In this document: one piece after another, positions 13,185 to 27,110 of the stretch
Layout of the letters: the number at the start of each line of letters is the position of its first letter
How positions within the stretch are numbered: position 1 is the stretch's first letter
Assembly: GCF_036321535.1 (NCBI RefSeq)
Contig: NC_087437.1
Coordinates: forward strand, 82,400,001-82,464,000
DNA length: 64,000 nt
Direction of reading: 5' to 3'
Origin: Camelus dromedarius
Lineage: Eukaryota
Translations under genes and position numbers: made by a program
The notes under the pieces: model-generated
Database searches by the model: none
Told to the model about the DNA's origin: nothing
The model's input: the letters and a program-made list of their open reading frames with translations, nothing else

Positions 13185-15747
13185 TTTATCCTACAGTTTT
13201 ACCAAATCCATTGGTGAGCTTTAGTCATTTTCTGGTGGCGATTTTAGGATTTTCTATATATAGTATCTTGTCATCTGCAAACAGTGACTTCTTTAATTCT
13301 TCTTTTTCAGTTTAGATTCCTTTTATTTCCTTTTTTTCTCTGATTGCTGTGGTTAAGACTTCCAAAACTATGTTGAATAAATGTGGCGATAGTGGGCATC
13401 CTTGTCTTGTTCATGATCTTAGAGGAAATGCTTTCAGCTTTTCACCATTGAGTATGATGTTAGCTGTGGGTTTGTCATATGTGGCCTTTATTATGTTAAG
13501 GTATGTTCCCTTATGCCCAATTTCTGGAGGATTTTTATCATAAATGGATAATAAAATTTATCAAAAGCTTTTTCTGCATCTATTGAGATCATTATATGGA
13601 TTTTATTTTTCAGTTTGTTAATGTGGTGTATCACATTGATTGATTTACAGATACTGAAAAATCCTTGAATCCCTGGGATAAATCCCACTTGATCATGGTA
13701 TATGATCCTTTTAATGTATTATTGGCATCAATTTGCTAGTATTTTCTTGAGGATTTTTGCATCTAAGTTCATCAGTGATATTGGCCTACAATTTTTCAAA
13801 TGATATCTTTGTCTGGTTTTGGAATCGGGGTGACGGTGGCCTCACAGAATGAATTTGGAGCTATTCTTTCCTCTGCAAATTTTTGTAATAGTTTCAGAAT
13901 AATATAAGTTAACTCTTCTCTAAACATTTGGTAGTATTCTCCTATGAAGCCATCTAGTCCTGGAATTTTGTTTGTTGGGAGTTTTGAAATTCTCTCTGTA
14001 GCTTTAATTTTTGTCATTTTAATTGACATATGTCTCATTGTATTCCTCTTAGGGTTAATCCTGTATGGGACGTTGCACTTCCTTGACTTGAGTGACTGTT
14101 TCTTTCCCAAGTTAGGGAAGTTTTCAGCTGTTAGCTCTTCAAATATGTTCTCTATCCCTTTCTCTCTCTTTTCTCCCTCTGGGACCCCTGTAATGTGAAT
14201 ATCAGTGCACTTGATATTGTCTCAGAGGTCTCTTAAAGTGTCCTCATTTTTTTGCATTATTTTTTTCTTTTTTCTGTTTTGCAGTAGTGATTTCCACTAC
14301 TCTGTTTTCTAACCCACTGATCCATTTTTCTGCCTCATTTAGTGTACTGTTGGTTCCTTTTGCTGTATTGTTCATTTAAGTTATTGTATTTTTCACTTTG
14401 TTGGAAGTTGTTATTTCTATTTTGTAACTCTTTGCTAGAAACTTGTAATTTCTCACTCTATGCACCCATTCTTCTAATTCTCTGATCATCTTTATGATCA
14501 TTAGTCTGAATTCTTCCTTGGGTAGATTGCCTATCTCCATATCACTTAGTTCTTCTTCTGGGATTTTATTTTGTTCCTTTGTCTGAAACATATTCCTCTG
14601 CTGCCTCATTTTGTCTGAATTTCTATTTGTATTTTTATGTATGTGGTAGGTTAGTTATGTTTCTTGACCTTGAAGAAGTGGCCCTCTGTAGGAGATGTCC
14701 TATGAGTCACAGCAGTACACTTCCCTCTTGTTACTCATGGGCCAGAGGCTAGCTGCTCCGAGGGTAGAGTCTGGCCTGCATTTGTGGACTTATTCCACTG
14801 GCTGCAGGATAGTAGTCTTCCTGTTTCTGGTGTCTACCCCCTATTTGGTGAGGCTTATCTAGAGGCTTACAGGTTTCCTGGTGGGAGAGGCTGATTGCTA
14901 CCTGCCCACTGGTGGGGGGAGGTGGGTCCTGGCCCTTTGATGGGTGGGACTGTGTGTAGGGACATATTTAGAGGTACCTGTGGGCTCAGAAAGTCTTTAG
15001 GCAGCCTTTCTGCTGATGGTTGGGTATGTGTACCCACCCAGTTAGTTATTTGGCCTGGGTCGTACCAGCACTGGATCCTATGGTTGTTGGGTGGATCTAG
15101 GTGTTGGTGCTAATGACCCAAGCAAGATGTCTGCCTCCAGGAAGGAAAGTTCATGCAGATGAATACTCCCTAATCTGCCCATCACCATGTCTATATCCCT
15201 AGGGTGAGCCACAGGTGTCCCCACCAAGCCACCTCCCCAGGAGACCTTCCAAGAACAGCTGATAGGTCTGGCCCAGGCTCCTATGAAATTACTGCTTTTG
15301 CCCTTGGTCCCAGTGGGTGCAAGATTTTGCATGTGTCCTTTAAGAGTGAAGTCTCTTTTTCCCCAAGTCCCACGGAGCTCCTGCAGTTAAGCCCTGCTGG
15401 CCTCCAAAGCCAAATACTCTAGGGGCTTCTATTCTCAGTGCCAAATCTCTGGGCTAGGGAGCCTGATGTGGGGCTCTCAACTCTCACTTACGTGGGAGAA
15501 CCTCTGCAATGTAATTATTCTCCAGTGTTTGGGTCGTCTACCTGGTAGGTAGGGGATTTGATTATATTGCAAGTCAGCCCTCCTACCCATTTCCTTGTGA
15601 TTTCTTCTTTATGTTTTCAGTTATGGAAGATCTTTTCTATTAGGTTCCAGTCTTTTTTTAGCAATAATTGTTCTGTTGTTAGTTGCAATTTTGGTGTGTT
15701 CATGAAAGAAAGTGAGCTCTGGCTCCTTCTACTCCGCCATCTTGGCC
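13185..15747 (-). mobile_element. LINE-1 5' portion (5' UTR, ORF1, ORF2 RT piece) with internal deletion near 13985
   Basis: [26 protein letters not shown] 13796-14110 fuses ORF1 (VPYRINPKRNT) to ORF2 (IPGLDGFIGEYYQMFREEL); ORF1 start MRQQRNMFQTKEQ; 5' end ctactccgccatcttgg. Confidence 0.9.
15735..15745 (-). promoter_or_regulatory. YY1-type motif at the L1 5' end (CCAAGATGGCGG on minus)
   Basis: ccgccatcttgg at the element terminus; YY1 sites at L1 5' ends are established; similar motif at 57360-57368. Confidence 0.55.
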
Positions 15748-15751
15748 TCTC

Positions 15752-16000
15752 TAATGTCACCTTTACATTGAGGCCCACCCTAATCATTCTATTTAAAAGT
15801 ATAGCCCACCTTTTCATCCTAGCACTCCTAACACCCCTTAACCTGGCTTAATTTTCCTTTTCTGCATAACACTTAACTGCCTTCTAAGATACTACATGAT
15901 TCACTTATTTGTTAGGTGTATGGTCTTTCTACCTAGACTGTAAGAGCCTGATATATTTTAAACAATGAATAAATATTTGTTGAATAAATAAATAAATGAT
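15752..16000 (+). mobile_element. L2 3' end
   Basis: ctagactgtaagag...aataaatatttgttgaataaataaataaatga tail. Confidence 0.7.
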
Positions 16001-16249
16001 GTTGAAAATAGATATTATGATATCTAGTGTCTAAAGTTTTGAGAGACAAAATAGTACTTTCAAAAGAACTGGAGATATGAGAATATTTTTATTAAAGATT
16101 ATTTGAAATTTATCAGTCATGAGACCACACATTTTAAAATTTGTAACAATCATTTCTGTCTGGCATATAAATACACTATATACTTAACCTCCCAGTATCT
16201 GAACTTAATGTTATTTATTAGATTACTTTTTAAAAAATATTTTGTCTTT

Positions 16250-16621
16250 AATATTTATTTATTTATTTATATTTTTTATTATTTATTTATTTATTTATTA
16301 TTGAAGTACAGCCAGTTACAATGTGTCAGTTTCTGGTGTACAGCACCATGTCCCAGTCATGCATATACATACATATATTTGTTTTCATATTCTTTTTTAG
16401 ATTGCTTTTTAAAATATTTTTAATTGAAGTATAGTCTGTTTACGATGTTGTGTCAATTTCTGGTGTACAGCATAATGTTTCAGTTATACGTATATATATA
16501 TATATATATATTCCTTTCATATTCTTTCCATTATATGTTATTAAAAGATACTGAATATAGTACTCTGTGCTATGCAGTAGAACCTTGTTGTTTATCTATT
16601 TTACATATAGTAGTTAGTATC
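16250..16621 (-). mobile_element. Two tandem 5'-truncated L1 3' ends (16250-16395, 16420-16621)
   Basis: Each starts attgaagta.ag..gt(t)tac.atg..gtgtca.tttctggtgtacagca, like the copy at 21247. Confidence 0.8.
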
Positions 16622-17913
16622 TAGATTGGTTTTTAGTATATATATTTTTCTTATGGCTCCCTAGTCCATGGAAAGCAGTGTCCCTGCTGAAATGCCCTTT
16701 TTTTTTTCACACTTTGTGTCATTAGGTATTTAACTCAGTGTTTACTTGGACCTTGTATCTAACACCCTTCAGAAACTTCTATGTATTCTGTTTCCTCAGT
16801 TTATAATTACTCAAGAAAAGCCTTATTGAGGAAGGACTGGGGAAATTTCTAAAGTATATGCTTGCCATTGTATTGCAGTGTCCTTCCTCAAGGGACCTGG
16901 CTTCTTCCCCTGCTCCTTTTTTAAAATTAGCATGCATCTTCCCTAGCCAGGTGCTGTAAAATTCAGTCTTGCTCATTCTCCGCTAATACTGTATAGTGCT
17001 TAGCTCACTGTTGGAGCTTTTTGTTCAAATTTAAGATAGAAAAAATGAAAATATTAACATTTAAAACTTGTCTCAAAGGCCTTGCCCATAAGGCATAGGT
17101 TACTCTTTTAAAGAAAAATTAAGTTAATACATAAATACAAATTACTTAATTTTAACTTTATAATGACTATATGAGTTGATATCTTACATTTAATTTTAGG
17201 TCTTTCTAATGACAGCCAAGAAAATGTAATTTTCATTTGTTCTGCTTTCTGTTATCCCATTCGTGATCTTTATTTCTTCCTCATTTTTAAATTTTATAAA
17301 TATATTAGCACCAAACATGCATTGACTATGGGCTTAGCACAGTGCTAGCCTCGAGGAACACCACTAGACCCTGGAATGTTGATACACATCTAGACAAAAA
17401 CATTCTTTTCCATAAATTCAGCAGGTTGGCAATTAATTTCTGCCACAGACGCTTATACAAACAATTCCTGAAGGAGTGGGGACCACATGTCTGGGAGACT
17501 AGTGACATTTTAGAGATACATAGGGTTTAGCTATTTTATTTTGTATTATTGCCTAATGCATGGCAGTTTAACAACCAACAAAGAGAAACACACAAGCAGT
17601 AAATTGTGAAAGGACATTTTATAAACAAACTTCTTATCTCTGTATATATGCTTGAGGAAGCAAACACACAGAGAAGAATTCCGTAATTACTGATGTACTA
17701 TGTTTAAATCTGGATCTAGGAATGAGCCAGCTAGAATTGCAGAAGAAGAACAAAAAGAACAAAAACATAGGAAATATTTTAAGTTTTCCTTCCTGTTTGG
17801 AGTAGAGGAAAAAAATTAAAAGTGTACACTTTTAATATGAAATTAGTTTTTTCTTTTGCCCCTGTAAATAAAGGGACAATAGATATTTTAAAACACTAGT
17901 TTTGAATTGATAC

Positions 17914-18470
17914 TGTGGTAGACAGAATGGTAGCCTCCCCATACATCTGTTTCCTAATTCTTAGAGCCTGTAAAATGTTTCTTACATTACATGGCAAATG
18001 GGACTTTGCAAATGTGATAGAGATTATAGACCATAAAACAGAGTATCCAGATCTCCTCAATCTAATAAAATGAGTCCTTAAAACAGAGATATTTCTCTGA
18101 TTGGAAGCAGAAGAGACATGCAGCACAAGAGGCAGAAAAGAAAGGTGTTGGAAGGAGGAATCAGAAAAGAATCCAAATGTGAGAGCAATTCAACATGCTT
18201 TTGGTGTTTTAAAATGCAGGAGTCACATGCAAGACCTACAGGGGAGCTTCTAAAAGCTAAGGACAGGACTTGGCTAACAGCCAGCAAAGGAGCAAGAACC
18301 TCAGTCCTAATCTGAAGGAAGCTGAATTCTGCCTACAACCTGAATGAACTTGTAAGAGGTTTATTCCCAGTCTTTTGGTAACAACCCAGTTGGCCAACAC
18401 CTTGATTTTGACTTTAGGAAACATGTAGCAGAAAAACTAGTGAGAGAATTAATTCATGTTTTTATAAGCT
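17914..18470 (+). mobile_element. MaLR solo LTR (MLT1-like)
   Basis: tgtggtagacagaatgg...tacatggcaaatgggactttgcaaatgtgat...gctgaattctgcctacaacctgaatga...ggccaacaccttgatttt. Confidence 0.8.
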
Positions 18471-18914
18471 GCTACTATAGACATCAATTCATTAGTATTT
18501 CCAAGGCATCTAGTTCAGTTGGGTTCCAAAAATTCAATTTTATGTCCACTTTTTGGCCTTATAATCAATCCATTTACCATAGAGATGAAGGCTAACTCAA
18601 TGTCTATTCCTAGACAAATTCATAAGCCTTAATTTAATGTATATCCTGACTTGAGTGCAACACTTGTATTTTTGACTGCATCTATCCATTCTATATACCA
18701 TCATTTCTGTCAATAAATTTGTACCAAGTCTCAATACATCTTTTTCTCTCGAGCAATGCTTTTTCTGAAAGAGGCGTTGGAGAGCATAGTCTCTGTTAGG
18801 AATCAGCTGGGATAGTAACTCATGGATACAGAAAGAATTTCACCAGAGGATATATTCTTTCAGTGTTCTGAGTTGAACAGTTACTACTTTTGAGTGAGTT
18901 TATTCCCTTGATAG

Positions 18915-19370
18915 TTGATTAACTGGTGTTTATGACTACCTATTGTATGCTAGGAATTATCTTAGGGACTGAGGAAACAAAGAGGTAATAAAGATCCTGG
19001 TCATGGTCACTGCCTTTGTGGAGGTTACACTTTTGATGAGAGAGACAAAGAATGAAAACTTAAGAGAAGGAATGTCTCAGTCCCTAGAGATTGCTTATGG
19101 AAGGCTTCTCAGAGGATGTGGCTATTGCACTCAGACTGAAGGCTGACAGAGGAATAACCCACGGATAAAGAGCATTTAGATTTGTTCCAGTTAAGATGTA
19201 GATCATGTTCAAACAGAAGAGAGGTGCTATAATCAGCTCAGAGTTTCTGCAGTATAAAATATGAGAGGAGGAAGAAGCAGAAGAGAAAAAATGGCTTAGT
19301 AGGAAGATGCCAAATCATGAAAAGTCTTGTGTATTATGCAAAAGACTTGAAAGAAGTTTGGAAATTTATA
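18915..19370 (-). mobile_element. L2 fragment
   Basis: tacctattgtatgctagg...cactgcctttgtggaggttacac...ggaaggcttctcagagga, degenerate. Confidence 0.55.
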
Positions 19371-21224
19371 TGCTGAGTTCTCATAAGTTTAAGATTCTTT
19401 ATGTTCTTTATGCACACATGCACACATACACACGTGTCTATAATTATATGCATGTGTTAGTGTGCAGAGTAGATCCATACTACATTTCTGAATGAATGAT
19501 TTGGAACAAAAATAATACAAAGTCTGAAAGCAGAGAGGAAAGGAAGAGGACAAAATTAAGAACTGATTTGATTTGAAAGGAAGATATATTTTCTAAATCA
19601 CAGAAGCAATTCAAGGGGAAATGGGATTAGAACCCGACTTTGATTAGACTCAGTACAAACCGAAGGAGAGGAAAGATCCAAAGTCAGTCATGAGAACTGG
19701 CTCTATATTTATCATTTCCTAACATGGCTACAGTAATGTACACAGTATGTGTATAACCTAAGGGAATGACAGCTGTTTGTGACCATACTCGGTACATTTC
19801 TATAGTATTATATATTCATATGTTCCTATTAAACTCATTTTGTTTCTTTTTTTCTTGGAATTTGGCATTAATATCAATGCTTCCCTGTAGGAAACAATAG
19901 AAAATGAAACCAATACTCAGTCTTTTTATGCTGGTAAGCAACTACCTTATTTTTAAATATGGTAGAGTTTTATGACTTTGCTTGAATGTAAAGCTTGGCT
20001 CCAATTTATTCTAACACTTAACTTAGATTTAGTATACCAGAAAATCAAACTATAGCTGAACAAAGTTAAACTGTCCGAATATGATGATTTATCCCATCTG
20101 ACCTAAAAGAGCAAACTAAAAACAAAAACTATAGCCAGTCAGGACAGCCATGCTTATGCAAGAGTAACTTCCCTTCTTATCATTTCAGAAGCAATTATTT
20201 CTTAGTAAAACCCTGACATTTCCCCCACTTGGGGAGGGCTCTGTAAGTGTGATGTATTACCTCAGCCTAACATTCCTGGAAAACAAAGGCGCTTTTTGTT
20301 CTCTGAGCCCAAATCTGACAACCTCCTTTTTGAATCAAGCCCCAAAGCAGCTAGAATTGAGACAATGGCAGAGCAGACACAAGTGACCTTGATTCAGCGA
20401 CTTCTGTATTTAACTTTGAGAGTCCGTGAAAAGGTTTTTCGGTGTTAAAAATGTTTTGATTTTCCTTCCTAATATGTCCCTTGGTATAGAAATTTAGAGG
20501 AGAATCTTCATCCACTCTTACTCTAGCTAAAAACAGCTCCTGCCAATACATTGTCTTGTTATGATCTCTGCCAACAAGGATGAGTACAGATCAAAATGAG
20601 TAACCAGGTTGCCTTCAAGCTTGGCAACCCAAAGTCATCTCATGTCACTCTTCTTTTCTCAGATATATATCATTTATAGAATATATATTTCTTTTTAAGT
20701 TTAGAGTAAAGGGAAAGTGAGTGGAGGGAAGGGGCTAGTAGAAGGAAATGTTAGAAGCATTTGAGTGGCTGGCTTTCAAAGAAATGGGGCTGCCACCCAT
20801 CTTGTGAGGCTCTTTTGCTAATACCATTCTGCCAACATGTTTTGAGATACTCTCCCTTTCTAATTATCATACTCCTGGAAATGGTAAGGCATTTCTTTCT
20901 GAATTTTTAACCGTGCTCCATTCCTAGAATTAGGTACTTGGCTTCCTTTTACACTGACTGAACTTGGAGCCTAACTTTTCTGAGCCTCCATTTCATTAAT
21001 TGAAAAAACAAATAGGAAAAAAAAGTCTCCTGTGTTTTCCAGCTCTGTGAATTTTTGTCTAACCATACCCTTAAAACTGAGATGTTTAGACACAGAACAA
21101 TATTTCTTAAGAAAGGAATAAAGTTTATACTAACCTTCCTTCTTTCTGCCTTATATATCTACCAGGGGTCAGATACTGTATCACCTCTTTCCTTCTTCTC
21201 TTTTATTTATTTATTTATGGTGTA

Positions 21225-22175
21225 TATATATATATTTTTTTTTTTATTGAAGTATAGTCAGTTTATAATGTTGTGTCAGTTTCTGGTGTACAGCATAATG
21301 CTTCAGTCATACACGAACATACATATATTCATTTTCATATTCTTTTTCACCATAGGTTATCACAAGACATTGAATATAGTTCCCTGTGCTATATAGTATG
21401 AACTTGTTTATCTATTATATATATATTAGTATCTGCAAATCTCAAACTCCCAGTTTATCCCTTCCCACACCCTTACCCCCACTGGTAATCATAAGTTTGT
21501 TTTCTATGTCTGTGAGTCTTTTTCTGTTTTGTAAATAAATTCGTTTGTCCATTTTTTAGATTACACATATAAGTGATATCATATGGTATTTTTCTTTTTC
21601 TGGCTTACTTCACTTAGAATGATAATCTCCAGGTCCATCCGTGTTGCTGCAAATGGCATTATTTTATTATTTTTTATGGCTGAGTAGTATTCTGTTGTTT
21701 AAATATACCACACCTTCTTTATTTAGTCATCTGTCGATGGACATTTAGGTTGTTTCCATGTCTTCGCTATTGTAAATAGTGCTGCTATGAACATTGGGGT
21801 GCATGTGTCTTTTTGAATTAAGGTTCCCTCTGGATATATGCACAGAAGTGAAATTGCTGGATCATATGGTAAGTCTATTTTTAGTCTTTTGAGGAATCAT
21901 CTCCATCCTGTTTTCCATAATGGCTATACCAAACTACATTCCCACCAGCAGTGTAGGAGGGTTGCCTCTTCTCCACACCCTCTCCAGCATTTGCTTGTGG
22001 ACTTTTGAATGATGGCCATTCTGACTGGTGTGAAGGGATACCTCATTGTAGTTTTCATTTGCATTTCTCTGATAATTAGCAATATTGAGCATTTTTTCAT
22101 GTGCCTATTGGCCATTTGTATGTCTTTATTGGAGAATTGCTTGTTTAGTTCTTCTGCCCATTTTTGGAACAGCTT
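21225..22175 (-). mobile_element. Young 5'-truncated L1
   Basis: [26 protein letters not shown]...[19 protein letters not shown]-rich tail at the left end. Confidence 0.92.
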
Positions 22176-22224
22176 ATTTGTTTTTTTATTTCCTTCTTCT
22201 CTTTTTAAAGTTTATACCACATGG

Positions 22225-22612
22225 ATTTGTTTGCCTAGGGCTTCCATATCAAAGTACCATACACTGAGTGGCTTAAACAATCAGAGTTTATTTTCTCACT
22301 GTGTGGAGGCTTAGAAGTCTGAGACCAAGGTGTTGGCAGAATTGTTTTTTTCTGACACCTCTCTCCTTGGCTTGTAAATGGCTATCTTCTCCCCATGTCT
22401 TCACATGGTCTTTCCTTGGAACATTTCTGTGTCCTAATTTCCTCTTTTTATAAATGCATCAGTCATACTGGATTAGAGCCCATCCTAGTGACCTCATTTA
22501 ACTTAATTACCTCTTTAAAGACCTTATTTACAAGTGCAGTCATATTCTTAGGTACTAGGGGTTAGGTTTTCAATGTATAAATTTTGGAGAGACACAATTC
22601 AGCTCATAATAC
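22225..22612 (-). mobile_element. MaLR solo LTR (MLT1A/B-like)
   Basis: aaagtaccatacactgagtggcttaaacaa...ggaggcttagaagtctgagaccaaggtgttggcag...acaattcagctcataa. Confidence 0.85.
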
Positions 22613-24759
22613 CACATAACAGAATCTACCCCCTTGTCTCCTTTTGTATAGGTCAAAGTGTCTTAGCTCAATCCAAACTGAATACTGTTTGTAAAAGTCT
22701 GGGCTATCAACTCCTGAGAAAATTTGCTTGAATATGATACACACAGGGGCTTTTGTAAATGGTAGTGAAATAGTGTGTGTACAGGAATGTCTAAGAAGGA
22801 GAAAAGGTAAGTATAAAAGAAATACAGAGGGAAAGGATAAACTTGGTCCTTAACCTATCCTTAGTCCTGATCAAGTATTCTCGAGCCCATAAAAAAGGAG
22901 TTTCAGGCTAAAGCTGGGTAGGGCTTAGATAAATTTATCTTCGTTTGAAGCTATGGAGATGAAAATGCAACATATTCTTGGGAAATCATGTTTTTTTCTT
23001 CACAACATCTGCCTCATATCTAACCTGATCACTTTGTCACAGAACACAGGGCAGCTCTGATAAACCTGGGGCTTAGTATAGCCCCAGCAGCAAATTGCTA
23101 TGCACCATTGTGATGAAGAGAGGGAACTGAAAGAAGAGGCAGTACTGAAGCAGCTGGGTGAGGAGACTACAGTGGAAGAAAATGGAGGCAGTCTGAAATC
23201 TCAGGAGGCCTATGTGGGGATGGGGTTAAAGTCATTCTTTCAAAATTTGGAGTCTACCAAGAAAAATAGAATGCTGGGCACTTATGTAAAAGAAACATCA
23301 TTTATACTCGACAACTGGTGAAGCTGTGGCTCTTTGGGTTATACTTAATAATCTCCTCCTCTAACCATTTTTACTCCTTTTTTTAAACATTGAATATTAG
23401 GTGAAAGATCTATCACCTCTGAATTCTGTGGAGCTACCAACAGATGGACAGTGCCTTCATGTAATTTAACTTATCCACTCATTCAGTGTTTTCTTTTAGT
23501 CATTCATTATGCAAGAGTAAACTGAAATCCTGTCACATGGTAGACTCTCTGCTTCTTAGTTTTCAAAACTTATGCTTTTAATTTTAGTAGATCTCTTTTA
23601 GAAGGGGGACAGATATTCAGGCATTTGAGAATTTCTAGAAATTTTCTTTAAATTAATTATTATCAAAGAAAAAGTCCAAGTTATTTCATTTCTAGTCACT
23701 GAAAATCAGGACGTGATATACATAAACCACAGGATTTATCCTGACATCTTTAACCATCAAATAAATAGCAGCAGATCAAGTCTCAGACACAGGATTTCTT
23801 GCTAGATTTCATGTCAGGCAGTTACCTTATGATGTAACAGATGCATTTTTAGCCCTTACACAGGTATTAAAACTCAGTCAGACAAATCAGTAAAGGATGA
23901 CTTGAGGGCAGTAATTTTTACTAAATCTCTATGTTAAATATCCTAGAATTCCCTCAAGTAAGTAACAGATGAATAACATCTTTTCTCCCATGTTCTTTGG
24001 TGGGTAGGGTTTTCGTGTTCACCTGATACTAATAGAAAGTAGCTAAATTTGAAACAGACAAAGCTTGATATGCACTATTTTAGAGTATAATTTTAGAAAT
24101 ATGAGGAAAAGTATTTTCTACAAATGATAATGGGTCTCTGTTATTGGAAATGTCAGTGAAAGTCCAATTTTTCTAAATAAGAAAAATGGGGAGTCAATTC
24201 CTTTTTTGGAGCATCACATCTTTTTTGAATAAGATGCTGAAGAAACTGGTTGAATACATATAATTTGAATGTGCAGTTCACCTAAAAAGAAGATTCATAT
24301 CCTTCTCAAGAAATAAGAGTTCTTAAAAAAGTAAGTGATTGCAGAAGTCAAAGTCAATTAGTTTGAGAGTTGGAAGAACTTCTCTAGATTGAATACGTGA
24401 CCATAGAATTATGATGTTTTAAAATTTGACAACTAATTGGTGTTAGAGCAAGTTATTGATGCCAGACCTAAATAAATGAATTAGATTTTAGTTTGTTTTG
24501 TGTGAGATTCAGAAGATTGGACAGGGAGACCAGTATAGTCTGGAAAGGTTTTATACAGCCAACTTTTTATTATGGAATAAGAGCAAAAACTATTGAACCA
24601 TTAGAGTAGGTGAAGGAATCATAATTAGTGAAGACAATTATTTCTGATAAAGGAGGCTTCATTGGGAACAATAGAGTTTTGACTAGTATATACTCAAGAC
24701 TGACACTTTTATTAGCTAGACCATAATGAGGAAATATGCACACTAGAATTTTTCTGAAA

Positions 24760-25830
24760 TTTTTTTTTTTTTTTTTTTTGGTGTGGTTCTTTCCATGTTC
24801 AGTGTTTCCAGCATACTTAAATTCTTTAATCTATGGTTTCGTGCCCTTCAATTCTGGATATTTTCTTCTGTTGTTTCTTTGATAATTTACTCTCCATTGT
24901 TTTTTCTCTCAATTATTATTGATTGGATGCCGATCCTCTAATTTTCATATCTTTTTAATTTGCATTTTAATCCTACTTTCTCAGTGATTCTCTTACCTTA
25001 TTTTACTATATATTAAACTTTTAAAAAAAGTTTTACCTGTGATAGCTGATTGGAGTTCCGCTGAATGGATGTGGAATGCCAACTGGTGAGCTTCCTTTAA
25101 AACAATTGGATGAGAAACTGATATCTCCATTACAGATGCTACAAACTTCTGTGTCTGTATATCAATTTTTGGCACCTCTAACCTTCTGCCTGGGAGCTGT
25201 GAGCCCTCCTGCTGATGCTCAGGAGGCAGGTTTGACAAATAGGCTGGAGTCTTAGTAGTTACTATGCAGACTTACACTTAGTCTTTTCTCCTTCAGTCCA
25301 GGATCTTATGCTTGCCCTCTTGTGTGCTTGGAATTTCAGTTTCTGAAGTTTACTGACTCAATTTCTTTGAAACAAATTCCCCTGGCTCCTAGAGTTTGTA
25401 GAATGGAGGCAGTCATCTGATGCTGCAGGTTGGAGTGGACACTTGGGGCATAAAAACTCAGTATACAACCATTCAGAGCCATATTATCAGATTTCTACCT
25501 AACCTCCACTTTTTAAAAATTCCCCATGCCTCTAATTGGCAAGCCTTTCGTGAAATCCTTTGGGGTGAATTGGTTAACATTTTTCAGTTTTCTCCATCTC
25601 CTCCACCACACACAAGTGTCTAAATTTGACTTTTCCTCTCTCTGCTAAGATTTTCATAATTCCTCTTTTTTCTTTAAGTAATCATAACTTAGCGTTGTTG
25701 ATATCTTTGAATTTGATTAAGCACAGGATTTATAGTTCTGTTTCTTTAACTCTTGTTGTTTTGTTATGACTTTCAAAAGCAGCAGAAGAAAATGTAAAGA
25801 TCTCTACTTTGCCTTCTGGAAACTGGAAAT
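24760..25830 (-). mobile_element. Ancient L1M 5'/ORF1 region
   Basis: ttcaattctggatattttcttctgttgtttctttgataattt...; terminus ctactttgccttctggaaactggaaat. Confidence 0.55.
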
Positions 25831-25999
25831 TTAATGCAATATTTTATAACTTTGAAAAGAATGTTATAGAACTATTTGGAAGAAAGAATATATGAAGTTA
25901 AGAGTAGGATAGTTTAATGTTTCCAGCTCATTTAATTGGCAATAAAACAATAAGTTAATGTTTTTCAATTGTCCTGAAAATTCAAACATGAGTCTTGAT

Positions 26000-26775
26000 T
26001 TTTGACCTGGCATCATACTTCTCTCTGTTCTTTGATTTTATGTTGAAAGTGGTATCTTACTGAGTCTTAATAACAGAACTTCCATATTTCACTAGTCATA
26101 CACAAATGTTCTGTCTTCTTCATAAACTTCTATTCTCAAAATTTTGGATTTGCCATCTCCTCACTTATCCTCAGTAGTTGATGCCACTTTGGACTTCTCA
26201 GCCATCCAAAGTCTCCACTTCTTCCAACTTTGTGCCACCAAATCTTTGTTCCTCCTCTCTTATTATGGTGAAAGAAAGGTCCTTTCTCCTCCTCTCTCCT
26301 GGGTCTCATGCCTCTGCCTGGATTTCATCATTTTCTGCTTTGTCAGGGCCCTGCTCCTTTTTATTATTTCCTCTTTTCCTCCTTTCACTCTCTATTGCCT
26401 CCATCATATCAACACTTTAACATGCCGTAAGTCTCTGTCTTGAAGGAAAACCGCCTTTCTGAATTCCACATTTCCCTCCAGTTACTAACTCACTTTTCTC
26501 CTTGTCTTCACAGAAAAATTTTGTGAGTTTTCTACAATTACTCTTTCTATTTCCTCACTTCTCCCTTACTGCTGAACCTATAGCAGTCTGGTTTCATACT
26601 TATCACTCTATAGAAACTATTCTCATTGAAATTAAAAAAAAAATTTAAATGGCTTTCCTGTAGCCAAATACGGTGGACATTCTTTAACTGTTACAGTAGT
26701 TAACCACTCTTTAACACTTCGCACTGTCAATCAATCCTTTATTCCAGAAACACTCTTCCTTTGGTTTTCATGATA
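26000..26775 (+). mobile_element. L2 internal fragment
   Basis: cagtctggtttcatac...gaaactattctcattgaa...gccaaatacggtggacattct...cactcttccttggttttcatgataacac. Confidence 0.65.
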
Positions 26776-26779
26776 ACAC

Positions 26780-27110
26780 AGTCTCAGAATGGGTTAGTTT
26801 ATGCTACAATAAAGAACATCCTCTATATCCACAGCAGATTGAATCAGTGCTCTGATCTGCCTTGTCCTCACTGTTGGACACAGGCTGATGAAGCAGATAT
26901 TATCTGGAATGTGGTCAATTGTTACAGCAAAGGAAAAGAAAGAGCATGGCAAATAAGATACTAGCCCTTATAGCTTCAGTTGGGAATTAACGTATGCCAC
27001 TTCTGTTCATATTCCATTAGCCAAACAAGTTAATGACCCCATCTATTTCTAAGGGAGCAGAAAAGCGCAAACTTATTAAGCATTTACTGGGAATAATTTG
27101 GGGAAAACAC
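26780..27110 (-). mobile_element. Old MaLR LTR (MLT1-like)
   Basis: ggacacaggctgatgaagcag...cacttctgttcatattccattagccaaacaagt. Confidence 0.55.

Noticed and set aside
23100..23321. Glu-rich plus ORF as an exon
   Set aside because: Purine-rich low complexity, no convincing splice-site pair, no recognisable homology.
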